NCBI RefSeq assembly: GCF_028641065.1
Contig: NC_073385.1
Span: 19,654,001 to 19,718,000, forward strand
Direction: 5' to 3'
Length of the DNA: 64,000 nt
Source of the DNA: Leucoraja erinacea
Lineage: Eukaryota
Within the stretch, counting starts at the first letter, position 1. Every line of letters starts with the position of its first letter. The position numbers were made by a program, and so were the translations under genes. This document shows, in pieces, positions 13,035 through 25,330 of this stretch. The notes under the pieces are model-generated. The model was not told the DNA's origin and did no database searches. It saw nothing but the letters and a program-made list of their open reading frames with translations.

Positions 13035-14230
13035 TTGACTTCATCAGTATCACAACTAATTTCCATCCTGCACTCAAATTCACGGACCATCTCCGACATC
13101 TCCCAACCGTTTCTGGATCTCACCGTCTCCATCACAGGAAACAGACTATTGACCGACATGTACTACAAACCTACTGACTCCCATAGCTATCTTGACTGCA
13201 CTTCTTCCCACCCTGCTTCCTGTAAAGACTCTATCCCTAAGTCCCAATTCCTCCATCGATGCCGCATCTGCGTCCAGGATGATGTGTTCAATACCAGGGC
13301 ATCGGAGATGTCCACATTCTTTAGGAAACGGGAGTACCCCTATTCCATTATAGATAAGGTTCTCTCTAGGAACTCCTCGATATCCTGCAGCTCCGCTCTT
13401 ACTCCCCCTCCCCCTATTCGTAACAAGGACAGAGTCCCACTAGTCCTCACCTTCCACCCCATCAGCCATTGCTCCAACATTTTTGCCACCGCCAACGGGA
13501 TCCCGCTACTGGCTACATCTTCCCATCTCCACCCCTTTCTGCTTTCCGCAGACCGTTCCCTCCGAAACTCCCTGGTCAACTCATCCCTTCCTACCCAAAC
13601 CACCCCCTCCCCAGGTACTTTCCCCTGTCCCTGTACCTCCCCCCTCAACTCCATCCAAGGACTCAAACAGTCTTTCCAGATGAGGCAGAGGTTCACTTGC
13701 ATCTCCTCCAACCTCATCTACTGTATCCGCTGTTCCAGGTGTCAACTTCTCTACATCGGCGAGACCAAGCAAAGGCTCAGTGATCGTTTCACTGAACATC
13801 TCCACTCAGTCCGTCTTAACCTACCTGATCTCCCGGTGGCTCAGCACTTTAACTCCTACTCCCATTCCCAATCTGATCTTTCTGTCCTGGGCCTCCTCCA
13901 TTGTCAGATTGCGGCCCAGCGCAAATTGGAGGAACAGCACCTCATATTTCTCTTGGGAAGTTTACACTCCAGCGGTATGAACATTGACTTCTCTAATTTT
14001 AGATAGCCCTTGCTTTCTCTCTCCATCCCATCCCCCTTCCCAGTTTTCCTACTAGTCTTACTGTCTCCGACTACATTATATCTTTGTCCCGCCCCCTCCC
14101 GACATCAATCTGAAGATGGGTCCCGACTCGGTCCCGCCCATCCCGATGGGTCCCGCCCATTCCTTCTCTCCAGAGATGCTGGCTCACCCACTAGGTTACT
14201 CCAGCATTTTGTGATACCCTTCTTCAGTAT
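13035..14230 (+). mobile_element. Penelope-like retroelement fragment (RT thumb plus GIY-YIG endonuclease)
   Basis: FLDLTV..TDMYYKPTDSHSYL, FTCISSNLIYCIRCSRCQLLYIGETKQRLSDRFTEH, C-terminal GMN. Confidence 0.9.
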
Positions 14231-14655
14231 GTGAGTTCAGTTTAATTTATTGTCATGTGTACCGAGGTACAGTGAAAAACCTTTGTTGTGCGCTAACCAG
14301 TCAGCGGAAAGACAACAGACGATACCACAGACTGATTGTGGGGGCGGGAAGAAGGGAACTGTATGTCTAAGGAGAGAGGGGATAGATTTAATAGGTGAGA
14401 TACATGGATAGGACATGTTTAGAGGGATAAAGGTGAGACATGGCTGGTGGGATTAGTGGAGACGGGGCTATTGATAGATACAAAAAGCTGGAGCAACTCA
14501 GCGGGACAGGCAGCATCTCTGGAGAGAAGGAATGGGTGACGTTTCGGGTCGAGACCCTTCTTCAGACTCTATGACTGGTCCAGATGTTGAGGTGTGAGCC
14601 CACAGCTGTGGTGACAGCAGGCTGTGGAGGGGCCGCACGGCCGCAGCCCTCTCAC

Positions 14656-14938
14656 CGGTGAAGGGCCACTGCTTGATGTCGCTCTGCACCGTCGGGTCGT
14701 CGAACCTGCGGCCGATGAGCCGCTTGGCGTCGAAGATGGTGTTGGTGGGGTTAACGGCCCCCTGGTTCTTGGCGGGGTCGCCGATCAGCCGCTCGGTGTC
14801 GGTGAAGGCCACGTAGCTGGGCGTGGTGCGGTTGCCCTGGTCGTTGGCGATGATCTCTACCTTGCCGTTTTGGAAGACGCCGACACACGAGTAGGTGGTG
14901 CCCAGGTCGATGCCGACGGCCGGCGAGTGGGCGGACAT
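14656..14938 (-). CDS. HSPA2: Cytosolic HSP70 (HSPA2 by synteny), coding exon 1
   Basis: GCC-ATG start; [46 protein letters not shown]...QWPFT; donor G|GTGAG at 14655. Phase 1 joins as G+TG (Val) to exon 2. Confidence 0.92.
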
Positions 14939-15290
14939 GGCGCCGGTTGCGGAGCTGAAGACGCCGCGGCCGCCCGCTCCCTCCCGCGCAAACCCCGGCC
15001 AATCACAGCACCACACCCTTTGTCCCGGAGCCACGCCTCCCCGCGGACACCGACCAATCACAACCCCGCGGGCCACGTGGGCTCGTCCACCCGCTCACCA
15101 ATCAGCGTTCACCACGGGTCATGGACCAATGGGATCCGCGGGAACTCTGACCAATGGGTGCGGCGGGGCCACGTGGCCGGCGGGGCGGTGACGAGCGTCG
15201 CCCCGTGACGACGTTGCCCAGCAACGGCCCCAAGCAACGGCCCCTAGCAACGAACCCGTGACGACGCTGCCCAGCAACGGCCCCACGGAT
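14939..15290 (-). promoter_or_regulatory. HSP70 CpG-rich promoter: five CCAAT boxes, one ERSE-I match, CACGTG E-boxes, RFX X-boxes
   Basis: CCAAT at 14999, 15054, 15098, 15126, 15151 (+ strand); CCAAT-N9-CCACG at 15098-15116; GTTGCCCAGCAAC at 15213-15225. Confidence 0.65.
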
Positions 15291-15892
15291 TTAGATGAAG
15301 AGAGGCCCTAAGCTATTTCACTTGTGAGCCTCCCCCCCTCCTAATCCCCCACCCCCACGACTAGAGGACCATGACTACCCGACAGTGTGGCACTTTTAGA
15401 TCCTATTGTATGTTGTCATTAAACAGATGGTTTTAAAATACATATTGGATTCATCGCCTTACCTGGATCGCCGTTTGAAGCTCTGGAGTGTTGTGCCTAC
15501 TGCTTCAACATCATGGAGCTGTGGTTGGCGGACCAGACCCTTTCATCAGTTGTAGGAGCAGAATTAGGCCGTTCGGCCCATCGAGTCTACTCCGCCATTC
15601 AATCATGGCTGATTTATCTCTCCCCATTCTCCAGTCATCACCCCGTAACCCCTGACACCGCACTAATCTGTCAACACCTCCCCTAAAACACCCGAATGTC
15701 CGCGGTGTGGCAATGAATCTCAGATTCAATTCACCTGGAAGATGGCAGAGCAGAAGCAGCCGCCAGACCAGCGAGCGAGTGAGTGGATCGTTGACCAAAG
15801 GACTTTACATTGGTGGAGGTACCTGTACTAATGTTGTACAACATTGGTTCATAGATTAAGCACATACATAAATACATACATATAGCTCTCCC

Positions 15893-16795
15893 TCAGAGGA
15901 CATCAAGAAAGGCTTGAGAGTAAAGATGAGTATTAAGTCTCGACTTAAAAGAGTCGATTGAGGGGGCTGTTCTGATGGGAAGAGGGATGTTGTTCCACAG
16001 TCTAGGTGTTGCAACCGCAAAGGCGCGGTCGCCCCTGAGCTTATGCCTAGACCGCGGGATGTTCAGTAACCCCAAGTCGGCCGATCTGAGGGACCTGGAG
16101 GTGGTGTGGTGGGTAAGCAGACTTTTGATGTAGGAGGGGACAAGCCCGTTAAGGGCTTTGTAAACATAAAGGATCTTGAAATTTATTCGGAACCGCACAG
16201 GGAGCCAGTGGAGAGAAGCCAGAATCGGGGTGATGTGGTCCCTTTTTCGGGTGCCTGTCAGGAGTCTCGCTGCGGCGTTTTGGACCAGTTGCAGGCAAGA
16301 CAGGGAAGATTGGCTGATGCCCGTGTAGAGGGAGTTGCTGTAATCAAGGCTGGAGGAGGTCATCAAACTGGAGGAATTGTTTTATTTTAGCTATCGTCCT
16401 GCTGGAAGAAGCTAGCTTTTACCACTGCATTGACTTGTTTGTCAAATTTCAATGCTGAGTCAAATATCACGATGACGCGAGATTTGAGTAATGGGGTAAG
16501 GCCTCCAAGGCTGCCTGCTATCATTTTGATGGAGTCTGAAGGGCCGAAGAGGATGACCTCAGACTTACTCTCATTTAGTTGGAGGAAGTTCTGGGCCATC
16601 CAACACTTTATATCCTCGAAGCAGTGGATAAGGTTAAGTAGATTTGATCGGGTTTTGGGCATCATGGGGAGATAGAGTTGTGTATCGTCTGCATAGCAAT
16701 GGAAGGAAATGTCGTGCCTTTGAATGACTTAGCCTAAGGGGAGCATATACAGTGAGAAGAGAATGGGGTCAAGGATGGAACCTCGTGGCACTCCG
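15893..16795 (-). mobile_element. L2-type LINE RT 3' fragment
   Basis: WMAQNFLQLNESKSE, LDYSNSL, LQLVQNAAARLLT, HITPILASLHWLPV. Confidence 0.88.
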
Positions 16796-16899
16796 CAGAA
16801 GGGTCTCGACCACGAAACGTCGCCCATTCCTTCTCTCCAGAGATGCTGCCTCTCCCGCTGAGTTACTCTAGCATTTTGTGTCTGTCTTCTAGTTGAGTG

Positions 16900-19800
16900 G
16901 ATGGTTGACGATTAGGTAAAATTAAATTCAGGTCTATGGGAGCGCCTTGGTGAGGTAAAGTGCGAGTCTTTGGCTCAAGTGTTTTCGCCGAGGAGGCTGA
17001 GGCAAGGAGGCTACACTTGAATCTTGTGTGTGTCTGTGTGTGTGTGTGTGTGTGTAAGTGTGTGTGTGTAATATTTATACATGTGATGGCAGGAATTTTA
17101 TTGCAATACATTTGTTGCAGGATGTGGGAACTCAGGGGCACTGCTGGTGTCACTGACCACTACACCTGTGGGGACTGTGTTCAGATGCAGCTCCTCAGGA
17201 GCCGAGTTGGGGAACTGGAGCAGCAGCTGGATGACCTGCGGGTCCATCCGGGATGATGAAAGCTTCCTGGATAGGGCCTGCAGTCAGTTCGTCACTCCAA
17301 CAGTGCAGGAGGTGTGACGGGTAGAGACGGAAAGAAAGGGGATGAAGTGAGTGCAGGAGACCTGGGTGGAAGTACCTCTTGAAAACAGGTACTCCCTCTT
17401 GGGAGCTGTTGGGGCAGACGACGCTTTCAGTCCGAAAGGCGGACAGGTCTGTGACGCAAATCCTAGCGCTGAGACTCGACTGGCGAGACCGACGTTAGGC
17501 AGAGCCATAGTTGTGGGTGACTCCATTGTCCAAGGTGCGGATAGGAGATCCTGCTGCGACAGGCGAGACTCGAGGATGGTGTGTTGCCTCCCTGCAGCCA
17601 GGGTCCAAGATGTCTCAGACCGACCTCAGAATATCCTTGAGAGGAAAGGTGAACAGCCGGAAGTAGTTGCACGTATAGGCACAAATGACATGGGTAAGAA
17701 AAGGAAGGCGGTTCTGCAACACGAGTATAGAGAACTAGGTAGGAGGCTGAAAAGCAGGACTTCTAGGGTGGTTATCTGCTTCCAGTATCTCATGCTAGTG
17801 AGGGTAGGAACAGGGAGATAGGGGATCTGAATGTGTGGCAGAGAAGTTGGTGCAGGGGGCAGGGATTTGGGACTGACATTCTGGCAGGAAGGTTTGCTTG
17901 TGCTACACTGATGGGTTTAAACTAAAAAATAGAGCGGGGTGGAATCAATAACATGGATACGTATCCATGCAGTTAACGAGAGAGTGTAGGAAATGTTGTG
18001 TTTAAACTAACAGGGCAGAGGGATGGGACCCAATGCAAGGAGAGAGAGGGCCATAAAAGGACAACAGAAGCGAAAGGTTGAAGGGAGATTTTAAAAAAAC
18101 GAACCTGAAAACTTTGTGCCATAATGCGAGGAGCATTTGATATAAGGTGGATGAATTGAATGTGCAGTTAGAGTTAAGGAATATGATATAGTTGGAATTA
18201 CGGAGGCATGGCTCCAGGGTGACCAAGGCTGGGAGCTAAACATGCTGAATATTCGATATTCAGAAGGATAGACAGAAAGGATGAGGAAGTGGGGTGGCAT
18301 TGCAGGTTAAAGAGGAAATTAATGCAATAGCAAGGAGACATTAGCTTGGATGGTGTTGAATTGGTATGGGTAGAACTGCGAAATAGCCAAGGGCAGAAAA
18401 CGCTAGTTGGAACATAAACTGTTCCCCCGCAACGCTGCGAGAGGCATAACTGAAGTTGGGTCGGGGTTACTGAAATAGACAATAGACACTAGGTACAGGA
18501 ATAGGCCATTCGGCCCTTCGAGCCAGCTGATCATCCCCAATCAGTACCCCGTTCCTGCCTTCTCCCCATATCCCCTGACACCGCTATTTTTAAGAGCCCT
18601 ATCTAGCTCTCTCTTGAAAGCATCCAGAGAAACTGCCTCCACCGCCCTCTGAGGCATAGAATTCCACAGACTCACCACTCTCTGTGAGAAAGTTTTTTCT
18701 CGTCTCTGTTCTAAATGGCTTATTCCTTATTCTTAAACTGTGGCCGCTGGTTCTAGACTCTCCCAACATCGGAAATACGTTTCCTGCCTCTAGCGTGTCC
18801 AAACCCTTAATAATCTTATATTTCAATGAGATCCCCTCACATCCTTCTAAACTCCAGAGTGTACAAGCCCAGCTGCTCCATTCTCTCAGCATATGCCAGT
18901 CCCGCCATCCCGGGAATTAACCTTGTAAATCAATGCTGCACTCCCTCAATAGCAAGAATGTCCTGCCTCAAATTAGGAATGACGGAAGTTACGCTCAGGT
19001 GCGTACTATACGTCAGTCCATTGTATTTCGCAGGAGTGGACCATCTTGCTCACTATAAGATCTTTGGTTGGCGTGGTATGCAGCCCACCAAATAGCAGTA
19101 GGCAGGTTGTGAGATGAAACCACAGGTCTGGAAGAAATTTAGAACACGACAGAGGAGGACAAAGGGACAGAGTGGGAAAAAAAGAGCATGAAAGAAAGCT
19201 AGACTGTAAAAGTTTCTTTAGGTATGTAAAACAGAAAAGATTAGTGAAGACGAATGTAGGTCCCTTACAGTCAGACAGGTGAATTTATAATGGGGAAACA
19301 AGGAAATGGCGGCACTAAGGAAAACACAAACAATCTCTCGGAAATACTAGGGAACTAAGGACCTAGAGCGAGGGAGAAACTGAAGGGAACAGTCTGTGTG
19401 TCCCTTCCTTCTTTGTGTTTTAATAGTATGTGTTAAATGTATGTTTTTAGTCTTCTTTAGATTGTTTTATGTGGGGGAGGGTGTTGGGGGAAACTTTTTC
19501 TAATCTCTTACGTTGACAGAGATGCGATTTTTAAATGTTTTCTTCCCACCCCCCATACCGTATCTCCGTCTGCACTGCAGCCTAACATCGAGGAGTTGGC
19601 GGCCTTTGCCAGGGATCGACCTCGGAGCTCCAACTGTGGGTGCTTGTGGACTTAACGTCACGGAGCTCGCGGTCTCTGGTCAGAATCTGACTTCGGGAAG
19701 TCCAAGCCACAGGAGCTTCGACCGCCCTAATGCGGGAGCTTTGACTTCCCGGACGCGGGAGCATCGATCGCCCCGACACAGGGGCTTCAACTGCCCTGAC

Positions 19801-22800
19801 CGTGGCAGAATGAAGAGGAAGGTTAGACGTTTTTGCCTTCCATCACAGTGAGGAATGTGGGGAATCCGCTGTGGTGGATGGTTATGTTAACTTATGTAGT
19901 TGTGTCTTGTAGCTGTATGGTAATTCACATATCACTGTACCTTAATTGGTGCACGTGACAATAAAAGACCTTTGACTTTTGAATCCATTTAACCAGAAAA
20001 TGGTGTTAGGTAAATTGTTGGGACTGAAGGCAGATAAATCCCCAGGACCTGCTGGCTGCATCCCAGAGTACTCATGGAGGAGGTGGCCCTAGAAATTGTG
20101 GATGCATTGGTGGTCATTTTCCAAGTTCTATAGACTCTGGATCAGTTCCTGTGGACTGGAGGGTAGCCAATGTAACTCCACTTTTTAAGAAAGGAGGGAG
20201 AGAGAAAACGGGGAATTATAGCCCAGTTAGCCTTACATCGGTAGTGGGGAAGATGCTGGAGTTGATTACTAAAGATGTAATAGAAGCACATTTGGAAAGC
20301 AGTGACAGGATCAGTCAAAGTCAGCATGGATTTATGAAGGGGAAATCATGCTCGAATAATCTTCTGGGGTTTTTGAGTAGAATGGATAAGGGAGAGCCAG
20401 TGGATGTGATGTATCTGCCTTTGCCAAGTCCCACATGAGAGAATAGTGTGCAAAATTAGAGTACATGGTATTGGGGGTAGGGTATTGACATGGATAGAAA
20501 ACTGGTTGGCAGACAGGAAGCAAAGAGTAGTAATTAACAGGTCCTTTTCATGCAGGTGCAGCAGGCAGTGAAAAAAGCTAATGGCATGTTGGCCTTCATT
20601 GCGAGAGGATTTGAGTTTAAGAGCAAGGAGGTCCTACTGCAGTTGTACAGAGCCCTGGTGAAACCACATCTGGAATATGGTGTACAATTTTGGTCTCCTA
20701 AATTGAGGAAGGGCATTATTGCCATTGAGGGAGTGCAGCGTAGGTTCACCAGGTTAATTCCCTGGATGGCAGGACTGACATACAGTATGATGAAAGAATG
20801 GGTGGACTGGGCTTGTATTCATTGGAATTTAGAAAGATGAGAGGGATTGTTATTATAGAAACATATAAAATTCTTAAAGGATAGGCTAGATGCAGGAAAA
20901 ATGTTCCCGATGTTGGGGGAGTTCGGAACTAGGGGTCAGTTTAAGAATTAGGAGTAGGCCATTTGGGGCTGAGAAGAGGAAAAACGTTTTCACCCAGAGA
21001 ATTGTGAATCCGTGGAATTCTCTGCCACAGAAGGCAGTGGAGGCCAATTCACTGGATGTTTTCAAGATAGATTTAGTTCTTATGGCTAAAGGAATGAAGG
21101 GATACGGGGAAAAAGCAGGAACGGGGTACTGATTTTCGATGATCAGCCATGATCATATTGAATGGTAGTGCTGGCTCGAAGAACTCCACAGATTCACCAC
21201 CCTCTGACTAAAGAAATGTCTCCTCATCACCTTCCTAAAAGACTGTCCTTTCATTCTGAGGCTATGACCTTTAGTCCTAGACTCTCTCAATAGTGGAAAT
21301 ATCCTTTCCACATCCACTCTATCCAAGCCTTTCACTATTCGGTACTTTTCAATGAGGTCCTTCTTCTAAACTCCAGTGAGTACAGGCACAGTGCTGTCAA
21401 ACGCTCATCAGACGTTAACCTACTCGTATGTTAACCTGTTGAAGTGTGGAATCATGCACTTTGATTGTAGGAATAAAGGCGTGGGCTATTGTCTAAATGG
21501 GGAGAGAATCCAGAAATCGGAGGTGCAAAGAGACTTGGGAGTGCCGGTGCAGGATTCCCAAAAGGTTATTCTGCAATTCGAATCAGTAGTGAAGAGATGC
21601 ATGGCACTTACCATTACAATAAAAAAGAGATGGGTTTTGACCGATACTCGAGGAACTTCCAAGTGTGATATTGGCATTGGTTTATTATTAACATATGTAA
21701 CAAGACACAGTGAGGGAAGCAGGAAAGCACCAAACAAATCTTTGCAACCAAAAATCCTCTAGTCATTCATGTAAAGCAGCTGAGCATTGTGTTTTGAAAA
21801 CAAAGCCAACAGTATCTGCCTGAAAATAGATTGTGCTGGAGTAACTCAGCATGTCAGGCAGCGCTCCAACCTTTTGGCCTGCAGCCTACAACATCTTGGA
21901 GCCTCGGTCTGTGGAGCTTCTGGTGGCAGGCGTGGAGCGGACCTTCCATCATGGAGCAGGCGATCCCTCGCCGGGCGTCGCCGGAGAAGAGCGCCGACCG
22001 CCGGCCTACAACATCTGGAAGCCACGGTCTCCGGAAGGAGGTGGCCGATTTGGGAGCTCCGGCTCCGACCTGTCCCGATGTCGGCATACCGACCAGAGGG
22101 CTTGAACATCGGGCCATCCGTAGCGGCGACTACGGAGGGTTAGGGCCCCGACCATGGGTGAACAAGGAAGGAGAAGGAGAAGGAGGACTGTCTGAACTGT
22201 ATTGCCTTCCACCACGGTGAAGAATGCTGTGGTGGATGTCTGTGTTGAATTATGCCGTGTATTGTGTCCATTTTTAAATGTAACGCTGCATGGTAAATAA
22301 TATTTCACTGCACCTTATGGTGCATGTGACAAATAAATTTAAACTTGGAGCACATGGTATTGGGTGTAGGGCACTGGCATGGATAGAAAATTGGTTGGCA
22401 GACAGGAAACAAAGAGTAGGGATTAACGGGTCCCTTTCAGAATGGCAGGCAGTGGCTAATGGGGTACCGCAAGGCTCAGTGCTGGGACTGCAGCTATTTA
22501 CAATATACATCAATGATTCAGATGAAGGGATTAAAAGTAACATCAGAAAATTTGCAGACGACGCAAAGCTGGGTGGCAGTGTGAACTGTGAGGAGGATGT
22601 CATGAGGATGCAGGGTGCCTTGGACAGGTTGGGTGAGTGGGCAGATGCATGGCAGATGCAGTATAATGTGGATATATGTGAGGTTATCCACTTTGGTATC
22701 AATAACAAGAAGGCAGATTATCATTTGAATGGTGTCATGTTGGAAAAGGGGAAACACAAAGAGATCTGGGTGTCCTTGTCTATCACTCACTGAAAGTAAG

Positions 22801-23470
22801 CATGCAGGTATAGCAGGCAGTGAAGAAAGTTAATGGCATGTTGGCCTTCATAACAAGAGTTAAGTATAGGAGCAAAAAGGTCCTTCGGCAGTTGTACAGG
22901 GCCCTAATGAGACCACACCTGGAGTATTGTGTGCAGTTTTGGTCTCCAAATTTGAGGAAGGACATTCTTACTATTGAGCGAATGCAGTGTAGGTTCACAA
23001 GGTTAATTCCCGGGATGGCGGGACTGTCATATGTTGATAGAATGGAGCTGCTGGGCTTGCATACTCGGGAATTTAGAAGGATGAGAGGGTATCTTATTGA
23101 AACTTATAAGATTACTAAAGGATTGGACACGCTAGAGGCAGGAAACATGTTCCCGATGTTGGTGGAGTCCAGAACCAGGAGCCACAGTTGAAGAATAAGG
23201 GATAAGGCATTTAGAACAGAGATGAGGAAAAACCTTTTTTACCCAGAGAGTTGTGAATCTGTGGAATTCTCTGCCTCAGAAGGCAGTGGAGGCCAATTCT
23301 CTGGTTGCTTTCAAGAGAGTTAGATAGAGCTCTTAAAGATAGCGAAGTCAGGGGATATGGGGAGAAGGCAGGAAATGGGTACTGATTGTGGATGATCAGC
23401 CATGATCACAGTGAATGGCGGTGCTGGCTCAAAGGGCCGAATGACCTACTCCTGCACCTATTGTCTATTA
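16900..23470 (+). mobile_element. Long fragmented CR1 LINE region (ORF1 zinc finger and SGNH esterase, ORF2 endonuclease and RT pieces) with nested insertions
   Basis: CCRMWE..YTCGDC and AIVVGDSIV..IGTNDM at 17100-17800; endonuclease-like NARSI..ITEAWL at about 18120-18220; DWRVANVTPLFKKG at 20151; GVPQGSVLG and FADDAKLGG at 22460-22580. May be more than one copy. Confidence 0.8.
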
Positions 23471-24366
23471 TCTCTGGAGAATATGAATTGGTGGCGTTTC
23501 GGGTCAGCGCCCTTCTGCACACTGAAGACGACGCCTATCCATGTTCTCCAGAGATGCTGCCTGACCCGCTGAGTTACTCCAGTACTCTGTGTTTATCTAT
23601 GGTATAAACCAGCAACTGCAGTTCCTTTCTACAGATATAACAAGGCAGAGGAAATCTCCCCCTCTCTACCAGCCACTGGCAAACCATACCTGCCACAGAC
23701 CCGATGGTTATCTGCAAAGTCACAAATCTTTGAAATTTACTGCCACAGGGAGCTCTGGAGTTACCCCAGCTCTTTGTGGCCTTTTGTCTACAGTTCCTTA
23801 CATCTCTGGCAAGTGAAAGGTTGTTACTGGTGTGGAGGTGGTGGCTGTGATAGGTTGGACAAAGGGCCGGAGATGAAAAGACAAAAAAATGTGAGATAAG
23901 AATTAAGGAGTGAAGAGGCATGAACTATGAAGCTGGAGGAAGGAATATTGATTGGTAGAAGGGAACGTTGGGACGGGGGGGGGGGGGGGGGGGGGGGGGG
24001 TTGGGGGGGGGGAAAGAGAGAGAAATGGATGCACATCCAGGTGGGGCACAGAGACGGGAGAATAACGGGGGGTAGTTAACCGAGCTAAACAGGGGGGGGG
24101 GGGGGGGGGGGGGGGGAAGAGGGAGGATGAATGGGGGAGTTGGAGGCGGGGGGAGGGGAAAGGAGCAGGCTGGGAGAAGGTGTGAAATGTAAATCCAGAG
24201 GGTGCGATGTGGCTGAGGCTGGGATATAGATTCCCTCCTTTCTTTCGCCAGCACTCCCCGATCTCAACCCCCCCCCCAACCACAGTCAGTCAGTCTTAAA
24301 AAGCTTGTGACCCAAAATGTCTCCTGTCCATTTCCCCTCCGTGGGCATCACAATGGTGTCGTTGCT

Positions 24367-24465
24367 GCTTCACATCCTCGTCGCCCCTGGCAAGGGCCGC
24401 CCCCTCTTCCTCGTGCACCTCCACCACCGTCCGGTCTCCCAGCCCTGTGGCAACTTTGTCCTCAG
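24367..24465 (-). pseudogene. Degenerate copy of about 100 bp of the ZBTB1 coding exon
   Basis: Aligns by eye with 27551-27647 (shared CCTCTTCCTCGTGCACCTCCACCACC), with scattered substitutions and a small indel. Confidence 0.8.
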
Positions 24466-24945
24466 TGGTGTAGTCTCTGCCTCACGGCGCCAGAGACCCG
24501 CGTTTGATCCCGACCTCAGGTGCTGTCTTTATGGAGTTTGCTCCTTCTCCCTGTGGGTTTCCTCTGGGTGTTCCGGTTTCCTTCCACATCACAAGGACAT
24601 GCACATTAGTAGGTTAATTGGTCCTCTGTAAATTGCTCCGTGTGTGCAGGGAGTGGATGAGAAAGTAGGATAACATAGAACTAGTGTGTAAGGGCGATCG
24701 ATGGTCGGCGTTGGCTTGGTGGGCTGAAGGGCCTGTTTCTACGCTACGTCTCTGCATGAAACTAAAATGCTGCCTGACCCGCTGAGTTCCTCCAGCACTT
24801 TGTGTTTTGCTCATGACTCCAGCGTTTGCAGTTCCGTGTGCCTTCAAATAATCTGCACGAGGAATGGAGTCATACAGCACGTAAACAGGCTCATCCATGC
24901 TGACCAAGATGCCCCATCTACACTAGTCCCCCCTTTACTTTAGAC

Positions 24946-25330
24946 CAGGGGTGGGGAACCTGTGGCCTTAAAGCCACATGCGGCCTTCTAGGCCATTAAG
25001 TGCGGCCTTTTGAATGAATCCAAAATTTGTAGAACAAATCCTTTTAATTTTATTAGTATGTTTTTGTTCGTCTTTTATTTTTATTTTAATTATTTTTATT
25101 TTTATCTTAAAATGAACTTATTTAAAATACTAAAGAGTAAAAGAAGATTCAACAAAATAATCCTCCCCGACTGACGGCCACAATTAAAACATGAGTAAGT
25201 CATGAGGGCTATTTTAACAAAATAGTGTATATTTTGAAATATATCTAATTGAAGTTTTTTGGATGCAGCCTTATTAGATTACAGCTAACTTAACGCGACA
25301 TTCCAACATGAAAAGGTTCACCACATACTG
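24946..25330. mobile_element. hAT (Charlie-like) MITE
   Basis: Ends CAGGGGTGGGGAACCT ... AGGTTCACCACATACTG; 8-bp TSD CTTTAGAC at 24938-24945 and 25331-25338. Confidence 0.85.

Noticed and set aside
6678-14938. HSP70 plus ZBTB genes as a sign of the MHC class III region
   Set aside because: The neighbours are ZBTB1, ZBTB25, MTHFD1 and PPP1R36-like, not MHC genes.
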